Positions 10,093 through 23,921 are shown, counted from the first letter of the stretch. The stretch is 64,000 bases of DNA from Octopus sinensis (GCF_006345805.1 NC_043006.1:60884001-60948000); one strand, 5' to 3'. Notes: a model not told the origin generated them from the letters alone. A program made the numbers and translations.

Positions 10093-12435
10093 AACCGAAT
10101 AATTGTCACATATTATATATGTATATATACATAAATACATACATACATGCATACATACATACACACACACACATAAATATATACATACATACATCATACG
10201 TAAATACATACATATATACATACATATATATATATATGTTATGCGTTAATAATCACAGAGTTTACATGAACATTAACACCGTTAATTTAGTTAGTCCAAA
10301 AAGTTAACGAACACTTTGATTTCCAGGCATCCTATTGTTTTACTGTTTCAGCCAATTGACTGCGACCATGCTAAAGTACCGCCTCTATGAAAATCTAATC
10401 TTTTTGACCAATAATTGTTAATAGAATTTAATTCGGTTTTCTTTGCTCTGTTTATATGCGAATTTTGTCGAAGTTTATTCTGTCAATCGCGCAGCACGAA
10501 AAGTGCTAAGTTGAATAATGCCCTTCACGAAGGTTAGGGAAATAGAACGCTTGCATCAAATATCAAACCATGACATACGAACCTCCACTAACTAAATGCT
10601 TCCTTTCAGCTAGCTAGTTCTTCTGTAAAAATAATCCCTTTGATAGCAGTAATAGGGGAAAAATGCCCTCTCGTTACTGATAATGGAAATTAGGGTTAAT
10701 ATTTCTCATAATTAAAGGAAATGCTTCAGTTCGGAAATATTTTTACTATTCACATGACACGTGCAGTAATCGCATATTGTGTTCTGGTATATACATCAAA
10801 AGGCATTCAACGAAATGCGGATCCTTTTTGATGTACAAAGTAAACATATTCAATAATACATAATAATCGTATATACCCCACCCAGCTTTTTTCAATCTAC
10901 AAAACGCGATTATACCCAATTTCGTGAAATTATACTTCTAAAGATACTGAATTAAAGTAATTACATATGAATAAAGTATTATTCACTGAGAAAATGTTAT
11001 ATTCAAAATGTTCTTATGAAATTTATTTTATTTACTTCCTTTAAAATATAATTTATGGTGAAGTAAGACACAACTTTGTTTTTGAATAAGACCTAATTAC
11101 AGGCAGTTAGTAAATCGATGCTTTTGTGTTCCATTCATAACAAATAACGGCCGTACTTAATTTAGCAGGATTCGAAACGTTCTAAGTGAATAAATCATAT
11201 TATAAAGAAATTCCTTTTCGATTTATTTCAAACGACATGCATTATAAAGCCTAAATGGAAGACATTTTTTTGTAAAAATATCAATTAAATAATTCTATAT
11301 TTTCCAGTGTTTTATCATTATGTTTGTTTCTATTGGTAATTTTAAGTAAATTCTATAACATGAACGAAGGTTAAAAATCATGTTGCGCTGACATCTTTTC
11401 TTTTTTGTATTTGGTTTCGTATAACTAAGTATCATAATAATTCATGTCGGATTTAACCCAATGAAATGCTTTCGTTCTACCTACACAACATTTTTCTATT
11501 ATATCATGACTATGGGTTTTCCCTCGAACAAAGGCTTCTAATTTTCAACAACTTAAACTTATAGTTCATTTATTTTAGCATTGGAATCGTACTTTTATTG
11601 ACTAGAGTTTTGGTTCACTGTACTTCTGTTCTTAAAAAATTCATGTGAACCAGAAAATGCAATCCCAAAATGAAATATAACTTATAATTTTAAATGCTTT
11701 AGATATGAAGAAGATGCCTCCAAGTAAATATTTTATGAATGCTGAAATTACATGAGAATTCAACAATAATAACTCCATAGGAATTAATAATTAATAAACA
11801 ATATTTTGAGTTAATAGCTTTCTTGTTTACATCAATTATCTTCAACAAATACTGTATAAATTAACTTCTGTTGTTTTAAGAGCTTATTTTGAATGGCGTA
11901 AAAGGCACTGAAGCATATCAAATATTGGAAAGGTTGAATAATCAGCTGCGTGCCATAGGTCAAGATGTAAAGTAAAAGTTAGTTCTGCCCAATGCAATTC
12001 AAGACGCTAGACTGAATTCATTTAAATATTCTATTAAAGCTCTTATCACACGTATGGCATCCCTAAAAATAACTATTTTACGTCACTTTGAAGAATTTCG
12101 AAATATCATGCTGCTATTCTGAATAAATTACATTTTGAACTCCTGTTAATACAAAAGTGGGTTCTACATTCATTGTACATATACATAAATATGCATATAT
12201 ATGCCCATATAATCGCACACATATATGTATATGCACATACATATATATGATATATGTGTGTGCATGTATGAGTGTGTGTGTATAGATAGTTAGATAGATA
12301 AATAGATAAATGATATGTTATCTAATTGTTGGATGTAGTTAAATAAGTTCGTTTAAAACTGAGAGCTTTATTTATATCTTCCTGGATTTTTAATCCCGTT
12401 TACATATATTCTTTTATTCTTTTAATTGTTTCAGT

Positions 12436-12459
12436 GATATATGTGTGTGTATATATATG

Positions 12460-12554
<95 letters not shown>

Positions 12555-12588
12555 GTATATATATGTATATGTATATATATGTACATAT

Positions 12589-12641
<53 letters not shown>

Positions 12642-12643
12642 TT

Positions 12644-12683
<40 letters not shown>
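12436..12683. repeat. Long interrupted (TA)n microsatellite
   Basis: Direct inspection; it abuts the palindrome at 12685. Confidence 0.95.
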
Positions 12684-12688
<5 letters not shown>

Positions 12689-12738
12689 TTAGTGAATTGA
12701 AGAAATGGAGTTGAACGAAGATTGAACAGAAATCGTTT

Positions 12739-12831
12739 TATTGCATTCTACACGTGTTTCGAAAGGCACAATTTACCAAATTCCGATTGAATAAGGAGAC
12801 CATATTGTGTCTTTCTCTTCAGGAAGAAATA
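12739..12831 (-). ncRNA. Type I hammerhead ribozyme (minus-strand mirror copy)
   Basis: Exact reverse complement of 13059-13151; both arm mismatches lie outside this interval. Confidence 0.8.
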
Positions 12832-13058
12832 GGAAATCCGTTGGAAAAAGCAAAAACAGAACAGAGGCGGAGCAAAACAAATCGAACGAGGCTCCTAAGA
12901 GTCCATGGCCAAACTGTTTATCAATGTATGTTGAAAACTGGTGGTGGGTACGTTTTCAACATACATTGATAAACAGTTTGGTCATGGGCTCTTAGGAGCC
13001 TCGTTCGATTTGTTTTGCTCCGCCTCTGTTCTGTTTTTGCTTTTTCCAACGGATTTCC

Positions 13059-13151
13059 TATTTCTTCCTGAAGAGAAAGACACAATATGGTCTCCTTATT
13101 CAATCGGAATTTGGTAAATTGTGCCTTTCGAAACACGTGTAGAATGCAATA
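13059..13151 (+). ncRNA. Type I hammerhead ribozyme (canonical core)
   Basis: UUC-CUGAAGA(13068-74)-GAAAGACACAAU..AUUGUGCCUUUC (stem II about 12 bp, G10.1-C11.1)-GAA-ACACGUGU (palindromic stem III)-A-GAA. GUA cleavage after 13141. Stem I is UUC/GAA plus UAUU/AAUA across an internal loop. AATAAA follows at 13148. Confidence 0.82.
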
Positions 13152-13354
13152 AAACGATTTCTGTTCAATCTTCGTTCAACTCCATTTCTTCAATTCACTA
13201 ATAATATTAAAATTCAATTATCCGCACCAACGCACGGTTGCAACACCATATGGTTGTACCTCCAACCATGCTGTCTTCTGCTGTGATTTTTGCTACCAAG
13301 GTATCGGTTAAACTTTTGATTAATCTGCAACAAGATTATTCATCTTTCTATTTC

Positions 13355-13403
<49 letters not shown>

Positions 13404-13405
<2 letters not shown>

Positions 13406-13566
13406 GGCTGCTTTCATTTTTCGTCTACTGAATCCACTCACAAGGTTTTGGTCGGCCCAAGGCTATAGTAAAAACACTTGCTCAAGGTGCCGTCATGCAA
13501 TGGGATTGAAACCCGGGAACACGTTGTTGGTGAGCAAGCTATTTACATCATATTCACTCCTGCGCC
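13404..13566 (-). mobile_element. tRNA-derived octopus-type SINE (GGCGCAGGAG.. family), 5' half
   Basis: Minus strand GGCGCAGGAGTGAATATGATGTAAATAGCTTGCTCACCAAC..GGGTTTCAATCCC..GAGCAAGTGTTTTTACTATAGCC..GTAGACG. Homologous to 33410-33545. Confidence 0.75.
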
Positions 13567-14567
13567 AATCTTGCGCCACTCTTGCGCTTATATATATATA
13601 TATATATATATTATATCTCCCTCTCTTGTTCTTCCTTTCTGTTTTTTCTCCCATCCTTTCTCTAATTCTTCTCTTCTCCCCTTCACCATTCCCTCTTTCT
13701 CCCTCACTCTTCCTCACACGTGACCAACAGCTATCTATCTTCCACTTCCTTCCTAAAGAGAAGACGTTTCTCCAGCGTTCACCACTTCTCCTCGTTACAG
13801 CTTAACAGCCCTTACCGTTTGTTTTTACTGTTTTGTTCTCACTATCCTGTCTTTGTCACCATTTTAAACATCCGCAAATACCCACCAATTTTCAAAACTT
13901 GCTTTGCTGTAACGACTGTTTTCACGAAGTAGCGTCTTGTCCCCACTTTTGAAACACGGAGTAGATAAAGCACGGGATAACTGATGATGTGAATGTTCTT
14001 TATGTTGCCTATATATCTCTCTATTTGTTTCCTTCGTTGTTCGAAAAAAAGTTCGTTTTCCATCTTTTTGTTTTTATGTTCTCGTTTCTCATTTTGTTCA
14101 GGGTCTTTTTACGTCCTGTAGCCATATATGCATGTATATATACATATATATGTAGGTATATACAAATATATATATACATATATACGTATATATATATATA
14201 TATATATCGTATGTAGCACTGATTCCGGTATATTTATCCCCATCACTCAGTCCAGTACCAATTCAGTCCCTAATGTGACATTTTTTTAGTTAAAGCTACA
14301 AGTTTGAATTTGCCACGAGTAGTCTACCTTCGGTATTTCCCATTGAATAACGGTATAGTGCCAGAAACGGCTCCCTGGGAACAAAAAAGGCGAAGTACTG
14401 GGCAGATATTTTATTTTTGCACCTTTTACCATAAGTGGGGCTCTTTTTGTGCACTATAAGTGCGGTGAGTTTTCCTTTAGACGTTAAAATATGTCGCAGA
14501 CATATTTTAACTAACTTAAAGATTGCTTATTCCTTATCACTTCCTGCCGCTGATGCAGTTACATATG

Positions 14568-14603
<36 letters not shown>

Positions 14604-17600
14604 AGAGAGAGAGGATATATGAATATATGTGCTTGTATGTATGTAAAAGCTAAACATATGCATGTACACACAAACACATGCAGTCGAAATTGATTAACTT
14701 CTTACTATATTTCGATTTATCAATTCATACTTGTTGCGTGAGTATCCTTCATTTCCGCAAGACAGATATATTTGCTTGATCAACTTCTCATTTATTTTTA
14801 TCGCATTTAGGCTAAAGAAAGCAGTTGCTAGTTGCAGGTTTAAACCAAAGCATTTACTTACTGAAATGCATTTCGGACATACCCATCAAACTGTCTATGC
14901 GTGTTCACCTCGGTGCAAAGCTGCAAAATAAGAACTAGGGGTATTACATTTATTTAGAAGTCCAGTTTTAGCTTCGGTGTTATGTTTGCAGACAATGTGG
15001 AAAAATCTGCGTGTGAGGTAGATTATGTTGATTAGGCATAGTAAACTCCGACAGAAAATCCGGAGCTCGAGTCCCTAAGGCGGCCTGACACAACACGTCA
15101 TCACCGGCAACTCCTGCGACGCATCTGGTACCAAGCTGTATCGACCCGTCGTTCCCTTGGAGCTACCAGTTGTGTGGAGAGGGGGGAATCAAACTGCATG
15201 GCCAACAGCTGATCCCTCATACAAACCTGCCCAGGCCTTGTAGCTCAATATTTGTCTGCACAGCCACACCAGGAAGTGCAGATAAACTCACCACCTTTTC
15301 CGAGCTACACCATCGTCTCTCGAGACGGACGGATGCCGACGACGACGACGATAGGCATAGTTATTTCAGGTGTATGCAATAAAACAGAGAAGTATACATG
15401 TATACATACATCCAAACACATATGTGTGTATTTAGGTGTGTGTGTGCACATTTGTGTTCCTGTTTGTTAAACCTCACCAGGTATTCCTTCGACACAATTA
15501 TCGAGCAAATGTCGACTATCATAGCCTCGAATCGACCAAAGACGTGTAAATGAAATTTTAAATAGAAACTGAATGCACGTCCTTAGAAAATCTGTTCCAA
15601 TTCTTAAATAGTAAAATTAATCAGTTGCCCGGTTTCAGACAGTCACCTGCTTTTAACTTTCCTTTAGTGTAGTGCACACTGCTGCCAACATTCTGAATAA
15701 GTCTACACTATAATATTAACTTCATCTGTCATCACTAACAGTGTTGATCCCCACAGAAGGTAACGAGCCGGCTAAGTTTTTGTGATCCTTTTTAAATAAA
15801 GAGTGTTAATTATAACAGATAATCGCAAATCTCAATGAGTGGATTCAGTTGTTTCGTTGAAACCTATTCTTGAACTTGAAATAATTATAACATTGAGATA
15901 GATATGAAAGTCTCATGGCTTTAAGTGTTCTCTTTTTCAATACAAAACATGTAATCTCGTCAAGTATTAGCCAGTGTTGTGATGCACAAAAGTAAATTGG
16001 CTGCTCTTAAACATGACTGTAAGATACATGCGTCTGATGCTAGTCAATATTAATAATATCAGCACCTACGGAAGGAAAAATTGATATAAAAACACTGTCT
16101 ATCCTCTCCGTATTTCGTTGAAAAATGTTTAGGAAAAAATCATTAGCCAAACACTATGAAATGAATTAACAACTTGGTTTTTGATAGAGGGGTTATGATA
16201 AAGGGTCACGTATAAATTTAGGAATTAAGATTCAGCAGCTTTGATGCTCTTGATGGTTTTGTAGGAGGAATGAATAATTTTCAGTGGAACAAATATTTAG
16301 CTGTAAGCGTATAATAAAAGTCAGCCTTTGAGCATACAATTGCAATCTTATTATTCACCAAGTGTCATAAAAATTCTAAATTGAATAAGCCAAGATCAGT
16401 ATATTATCACTGGTTGTGAAAACGCCCTATACCGTAACGGATTCGACGTTAAGATGCAAGAGGTGATCAGAGTAGAACATTGCAATATGCATATTGAAAT
16501 GAGTCGGCGAAATGAAACCCAACAAATTTATGGATGTAAAATCTTGAGAAGCAAGTGGGCATATGATTGCGATTGAAATACGTTATCCTTCCAGTATCGT
16601 CTCGGCTGCACGGAATATTTTTGCTCGTAGAAAACAGAAAAAAAACAATAAAAATGTTGAATAATTATGTATCTGTTACATGAAACTAATAATGTGGGGT
16701 TTTTTTTCTACTGAAGAGATGTTTCCTAAAAAGGATTTCGTGGCTTAGCCAGTATAAATACCATCTAAACATCGAAGTGATATATGCCTTAAAAGCAATT
16801 GTTGAAAGCGTTACGCCATCAGCACAGCTCAATGAGACGCAGTTGACTGGTGATCAAAGTATGTTCACTATTGTCTTTGAAGAGGTAGTATAGAGGAAAT
16901 TACAATATGCAGAGGTTTAATTGAAATCAGCCTATCCGTAGTGGGCCTTGAAACTATGCTGCTTGCATCAGTGAGAACTTAAAGCTAATACACCAACAAC
17001 ACAGTATTTAATCGATCGATTGGCAAGCTAGGAATGTCAACTAAATCAATCACAAAGCATGCCGCACCGTTTTAAAATAAAGGCGTTGGATAATGTAGTT
17101 TTGGGTAACACTATGCATGCAAGAAGATGGATTGTCACGGCTGGAATGATTTTATCGTAAATCTGATCAGTCAAGCTAGACCTGGAAATAATCAACAACA
17201 ACAGCTTGTATGTACATTATATAAAAATGTGAATTATGTCGACCCGTTGGCTTCCAATCGGATGACGTACTCCTCCTTTCTCCTTCACCTTCTCATATAT
17301 TCAAAATGAAGTACCATGTCCATACTTGTGTAACTACTTGTAGAAACAGAAGACATTTTATGATATATTTTCCTATGAGTTGTAGCAGTCAAACATTGTA
17401 AGAAACGTATAGGGGGTGATTAAACTTTGAATTAAAATGTGCAGTAAGACGTGATGAAGTGCAATATGTTGTATAAATACGATTATCATTAAATTTACAT
17501 AGTTTATAGATTTCAAATTTTACTTGTGACATGTTAGCAATAGGTTACGAAAGCAATAGACTAAATTAACATTTATATATAACATTTATCTCTCCCACTC

Positions 17601-18532
17601 TTTCTCTCTCTCTGCATACACGCATACACATATACATACGTACACATACACACACGCGCACACACATACACATACTGTCCACATAACCTTAGCTACTCTT
17701 GCTTCCTTAATCGTGCGGCTGTGACCGTTGAAGTACCCCTCATGTTAGTGCAGCTGTTTTAGAATAATTAGTTTCAGCTCCAAACGTTACCATTTAGACC
17801 GGATTGATGCTGTTTATATACGTAAAGGCACATCACATGCACACAGACACAGACACACACACATACACATACGCGCACGCTCGCACGTGCACATACTCGC
17901 GGACGCATGCACACGCGCACACACACACACAGACACATACGTACACATTATATTCATATAACTATATATATGTATGTAGTTCTACATACGTGAGCGAGCG
18001 CCTGTATGCAATTATACCAAAATGAAACTTGTAAACGTTGGCATGAAAACTGAACCCAATTAACCTATTAAATTATCTATTTTCCAGAATGTAATTAAAT
18101 GTGACTGAGTTGAAAGGCTTGCACAAATCTTACTAATTGAACTTCAGAAGAGACTCTAATTAAAATGTCCCGAAGAAAACGAAATGGAAGCTTGAATGCA
18201 TGTGTCGTCTGTGTTGAGAAGCTAGCAGGGATTCCTCTGTCGTTAGTGACTTTTAATTTTCTATCAATATTGAAACTCAGCTCTCTAACAACCAATCTAT
18301 ATAGTTTTTCATTGGTCATAGCCATCACAACTTGCAAATAGTTTCAATAAGACATATAGCAATTTCTGTGTGTGTACTAGTATATATGTCGGTATGTATG
18401 CATGTGTGTATGCAAATCTATGTATCTATGACTATTTTTTTAGCTGTCTGTCTGTCAATAATTTTGTATATATCTATACATATATATATATATATACAAA
18501 TACACATGCGCGGGCGCGGACGCACACACTCA

Positions 18533-18566
<34 letters not shown>

Positions 18567-19485
18567 TATGTGCTAACGATTACTTTGTCGTATACACAAA
18601 AAAGACTCCAGTTACCCCTGCACTCTTACATTAATGAAATAAAGAAGGTTTTTTTAACGAGGTATTCAGTCGTGAAGGACCATTACGTTTATTACACAAC
18701 CTCACAACATCACACCCTCACTGTGGACAATGATAGTGATTTATATATTTACGCTATATATTAAAGTCGGCACCGTATGTCGGCATGCTTAAAAAAACAA
18801 AAGCTCGCTTCGTAACTATAAGATACTTTGTTCAGTCACAATTCTTGGCATCATGGGCAAGTGTCTTTTACTATAGCTTCATCATCAGTCAAAAAAATGT
18901 GTTTGAAAATGAGTGAACAGAAATCGTTTAGAAATTATATAAATTTTTCTTCGCCAGCAAATTAGTCTATTACCAGCTAACACATGATCGCAGTATACAT
19001 ATGGTTTGCTTCATGTCAAGGAGCCAACTTTACTTCATTTATAGTTGAAATTAGTATTTAAATCGCTAATATAATATGACAATACATTCACAATTATTCA
19101 TTATTATTTCGTTGAAGAGTAATTCTGAAATTTAATGAGAGTCAGAAGAGGATAATTATACGATGCGTATTTCGTGAAAGGTTATTTGTATCCTTTAAAC
19201 GCAAAATATTCTGAACTGTTATCAGGAATTGTTATCATATCATAGACTTCATTAGTATTTTGTAAGAGTTGATATAATGAATTCATATGACATTGTTTTG
19301 TTTTTCGAAAAACAAATTTAGATGATATAAATATAATTGCTCATCAACATTGCGTACGCTGAAACATATTCGATGATGAGTTTGCGTAATTCTAAACAAG
19401 TTTCTTTGCGTAAAAAATTGATAACGAGATACAGCAAGTGAAAGAGAGCGAGAGAGAGAGATGCGGGGGAAATGGGGAAGAAGAA

Positions 19486-19521
<36 letters not shown>

Positions 19522-19614
19522 ATGAAATAATAATGGAAAAACAAGAAACTAAGCCTTTTTAATGTTCTTTAATACACCCACCCGTATATATGTATATATA
19601 TATATATATAATAT

Positions 19615-19706
<92 letters not shown>

Positions 19707-19739
19707 CATATATATAGTTAATCCAAACATGAAAACACA

Positions 19740-19945
19740 AAGAGAAAACACAACAACGCGAGGACATGGAAGAAGTATAGTATTATTGGACGCTCAGGAA
19801 AGAAGAAAAGAAGGAGGGTTTAACGTTTCGAGCGGTGCTCTTCGTCAGAAACATAGGAAAAGGAAAGATCCAAAGAAGGGAAGACGGAGGAAAAGAAATC
19901 GCCAACGGTACACACGCGGTCACATTTTAAATATGTATATATTAT
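19740..19945 (-). mobile_element. Solo PLE terminal-repeat fragment carrying a minimal HHR
   Basis: Contains CTGACGAAGAGCACCGCTCGAAACGTT on the minus strand. TATAGTATTAT direct repeat near both ends; adjacent to (TA)n. Confidence 0.6.
19818..19852 (-). ncRNA. Minimal type I hammerhead ribozyme motif
   Basis: GUUU-CUGACGA-A-GAGC-ACC-GCUC-GAA-ACGU-U-AAAC: 4-bp stem I, 4-bp stem II, loopless palindromic stem III, GUU triplet. Confidence 0.75.
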
Positions 19946-20049
19946 TTATAGTATTATATGATTGAACGCAACGCATCCATTTCCAAGTAAGTTATATACA
20001 TAAATATATATATTACAGTTATGTTGAAACAGGTGATATAAGAAAGTGC

Positions 20050-20620
20050 AGCATTGACAATTTGAGTTTAGTACACCAATTTGGACAGAGTCATTGTTTT
20101 TATAAGAATGGGATGTATCATATCTGAAAGCAGCTCCAGCTGTTGTGAAGAACGAATTTGTACATGTTCTATTTCTGAGAGCTATTCTATTGGACCTCTG
20201 TATAAGCTGGTGTGCTAAAGTATTTTTCAATGATTCAGCATTAGGTGCTGATCTTTGGAAAGTCTCGTCCCCCTTCCCTCTTAAACCTCCATCTGATGTG
20301 CTTGCAGCAGCCTTTGCTGATCTTGAGAAAGTCACCTCTTCCTTCTCTCTTGGTACTCCACCAGACATGCGGCACCATGCTTTTGCTCACGTTCACAAAG
20401 TCAACTCTCCCTTCTCTCCTGAGACTGTATTTGACGGGCTGTAGCACACGTTTGGTGATCTTTGGAAAGTGTCCTGTCTCTTCTGTATTCATATTACCTC
20501 TGACGTGGTCCAGCATGCCGTTGCTGATGTTGAGAAAGTCTTATGTCCCTTATCTCTTGTGACTTTTGCTTTCGTTTTTCTGCACTCCTCCTTGCTTTAT
20601 TGCTGTCTCTGGAGAGATTA
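20050..20620 (-). mobile_element. Helitron RepHel N-terminal remnant (23-aa repeats plus the start of the Zn-finger region)
   Basis: Five 69-bp-period repeats (anchors 20246, 20315, 20384, 20453, 20522) encode SQERRESRL-like units. These are followed by AAFRYDTSHSYKNNDSVQIGVLNSNCQCC, matching the recalled Helitron AAFxYD..VxIGxMxxxCxxC motif. Stops and frameshifts present. Confidence 0.7.
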
Positions 20621-21627
20621 CATTTTTTTCTTTCGTGGCAAATTATTTCAATATTTTAAACAAAAAATTATGAACGTTGAAGAAATATACATTAATTTTG
20701 TAAGCAGTTGTATATATGTATTATGTCTATATTTTTGTATGCAGTGTAAATTAACCAAATATAAGCAAATTATAAAAACCTTTTAAACTTATAACTGCTG
20801 TGATAATTATGAACTGTTAATTGTACGGTTGGTGTGTATTTTTATATAACTTGGACCTTCCATGTATTAGTTTTTGTCAAGAGTTTCACCACCAGCTGTT
20901 CTCGTCACATGTGTATATGTATGCATAGATGGATGTGTTTGTTTAATTAAAGTACTATCAGGGGCGAAAACACACACACACAAATACATACTCAGTCATA
21001 TATAAAAGGTGACGATACCCAGACATGCACTCTCATATACAACACATGAATATAGTAAGAGAGACACATAAAGACATACATTCACGCATACCAGTCATCA
21101 CAAGTGTATATATTTATGTGTAGATGTTTGTATGTTTAATAATGTACCTAACGCGGAAACAAACACACACAGTCATAGAGACATGCACTGTCATACACCC
21201 GCACACATACACTCAGATACATATACACACTCAACGCGCAAACACACACACAAAAGTGAAAGAAATAAGTGAAATAATACCATATCACAGAAGAAAGTCA
21301 ATTTTTAGACGTAAATTACAAATCTTACTTCAGCGTTTAAAGCTATAGAAGTAAATACTTCAGCCACTTTAGTATATCATTTTTAACGCATGAGCGATCA
21401 GTGGCGTGGTTGAATTATCATTGGTTAGTAATGATGGCTTATCGGCAGTATCACAACGGTTTTCGATAGTTCGAGAAATGTAAATATTGTATTTAAATAT
21501 ATAGAGTGCAAACAAATTTAAATAACTAAAGTAATTTTGTAGGGAGAAAATACAAATAGCACAAAGAAAAAATATTTAAGGCACAACAAAATTGAAATAT
21601 ATTGAAGTCAATTTTCAGAGAAAGGGA

Positions 21628-21658
<31 letters not shown>

Positions 21659-22186
21659 GAGGGAGAGAGAGAGATAGGGGGGAGTGAAATGAAGAGACAT
21701 AGACCTAAAGACAAGAAGTATTGCAGAGAGGGAAAGTCAAAAAAAGAAAGAGAAGAGATAAATAGAGAGACAAAAGTGAGAGAATGGCTTGAAAACTGCA
21801 GTCGTCAAAGGGAGAAAATCGGTTGAAAATATAGAAATGGATACGTACTACACACACTGACGCACAGAAACACACACACACACAGAACCATTTGTTTTAT
21901 ATATATATATATAAACGCATTTACGGTAGCATCTCTGCTTCTCTGAAGAAATCTTATAAAGAAGCAGCATCTTGCAAGTTGTTTCCCTCACTTGCCGTAG
22001 GAGTTAATAGAACGAATTTGCTACGACTTAAACATTCACTCCTCCGTGTGGAATTAGTATTTCTAATTAGATCTATAGCTGGCACTGTAACATACGTTCA
22101 CCTTTCTTTAACTCTCGATTGTCATTTGAAAGACGTCTCTGAGCAATTAACGTCAAAGATTTATTATTTTATGTGGTTCGCATGTT

Positions 22187-22189
<3 letters not shown>

Positions 22190-22231
<42 letters not shown>

Positions 22232-22259
22232 GCACTCTCTCTATCTATCTATCTATCTG

Positions 22260-22353
<94 letters not shown>
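22190..22353. repeat. (TC)n followed by (ATCT)n microsatellite
   Basis: Direct inspection; similar (ATCT)n arrays at 32228-32485 and 40974-41290. Confidence 0.95.
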
Positions 22354-22354
<1 letters not shown>

Positions 22355-23775
22355 GTGTCTCCCTATCCTTCTCTTCCTCTCACTTTACCTATATATATAT
22401 ACATATATATATACAAACACAAGCATGTACATAAACACAAATTTATTTTTACGCTCACATACGCACGCACGCATACACGCACACACACATACACACGCAC
22501 GCATGCATACGCACATGTATATCACTGTCAGCCTCTAGAAAAATATGGCTGCTATTCCAAAGCATCTCACAAGACAAAGACAGCAGAAGGAATAGAAGAA
22601 AACGAGACAGAATGAAATTGCGGAACAAAAAAAGAATGTCTCGCGGACTTTCAGCCTAGAGTGGGAAATCAATATCTTATTTATATGATTCGGTGAACTA
22701 CAATGAATTGTTTATTTAATCTTGCATATTCCGACATTTACATCAATATTGTATTAGCTTGAATGACTTCAAGGAATAGAAGAATGAAGTCTTTCTCCTG
22801 TGTGATGAAATGTGACCCTTTTCTCGACATCATTTGAAATTGCTCGTTCCATATAAGTTTGAAGTAGGTCGTCAGTTCTTGCGTAGTAAAGTTGATTAAC
22901 CAACCTTTATAACGGTAGCTGAGACTGAAGCAGTTCTATTGAAGCAACGGTCTTATGTGAATATGTTTAACTGCATTAAGATTCGTGCTTAATTTACACA
23001 TTTTATCAGACCTTATGTCTCTTTGGTTCCCAATACTCTTTATTACTTTTATAACTGTATAAGTACACACCTGCACCCACATTATAAAAGCATGTATGTA
23101 TGTTTGTATGAATGTATGCAGGTATGAGATACATATGAATGGTACACGTGTGCCTGTATGCATATGTGATCTTAGGCTCTCATAAACGTTAAAAAAAACT
23201 GAATACATCGACATGTATTCGAAATAAACCACACAATTCTCTTCAACAACCAATTCATTTCTTTAAATTTTCGATCATAAAAGTAGTCGCATACACGTAG
23301 ATATGTGTAATACATACAAAGTAGTGCATTGTCTATGACATGGTACAACGTCGATAATTCAGCCACTTATGGAGGTATAAAGATCCGTATGTGCTTAGTA
23401 ATAGCCAGCGTGGTACATCAATACCACGTTATATATAATATTATTGCATGCCTATATCGAGGGATTGACAAATTTCCTCTGAATGGTCATTTCTTTGTGA
23501 AATCATGCAAACGAAAATAATGAAACAACTTGTTATATTGTAATCAACCTTGAGCTTCCAGCAGAGCAAAGTATGAGATACAGGTGTCAGTGATTCGTAG
23601 GTAATATAGGTGTTCATTGAAAAAATTGAAGCTATACTTTAAATCGATAATTGGAAATTATCAGTTATAAGAGGAAAAAGTAATTTCATAGGATTAAAAT
23701 GCTTAAAAAGCGCTTTACGTGAAAATTATTTTTGCCTCTCAGATCTTTCACACGCTTCTTTGTTTTATAATAAAT

Positions 23776-23779
23776 AATA

Positions 23780-23853
<74 letters not shown>

Positions 23854-23854
23854 T

Positions 23855-23921
<67 letters not shown>
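23776..23921. repeat. (CTA)n-(TAA)n microsatellite
   Basis: Direct inspection; flanks the R4/Dong copy. Confidence 0.95.

Larger units (their letters stand above)
12685..13205. repeat. Near-perfect palindrome: 254-bp arms, 13-nt spacer, 2 mismatches
   Basis: Arms are 12685-12938 and 12952-13205, with spacer TGGTGGTGGGTAC. The mirrored ORFs 12754-12969(+) and 12921-13136(-) differ only at RVHGQ versus RAHDQ within the arms. Confidence 0.97.

Noticed and set aside
12754-13136. Mirrored 71-aa ORFs in the palindrome
   Set aside because: They start at non-ATG codons, match no recognisable domain, and are explained by the inverted duplication.
17240-17300. CCAAT plus TGACGT motifs as a promoter
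   Set aside because: Short motifs are expected by chance, and no downstream gene was identified.
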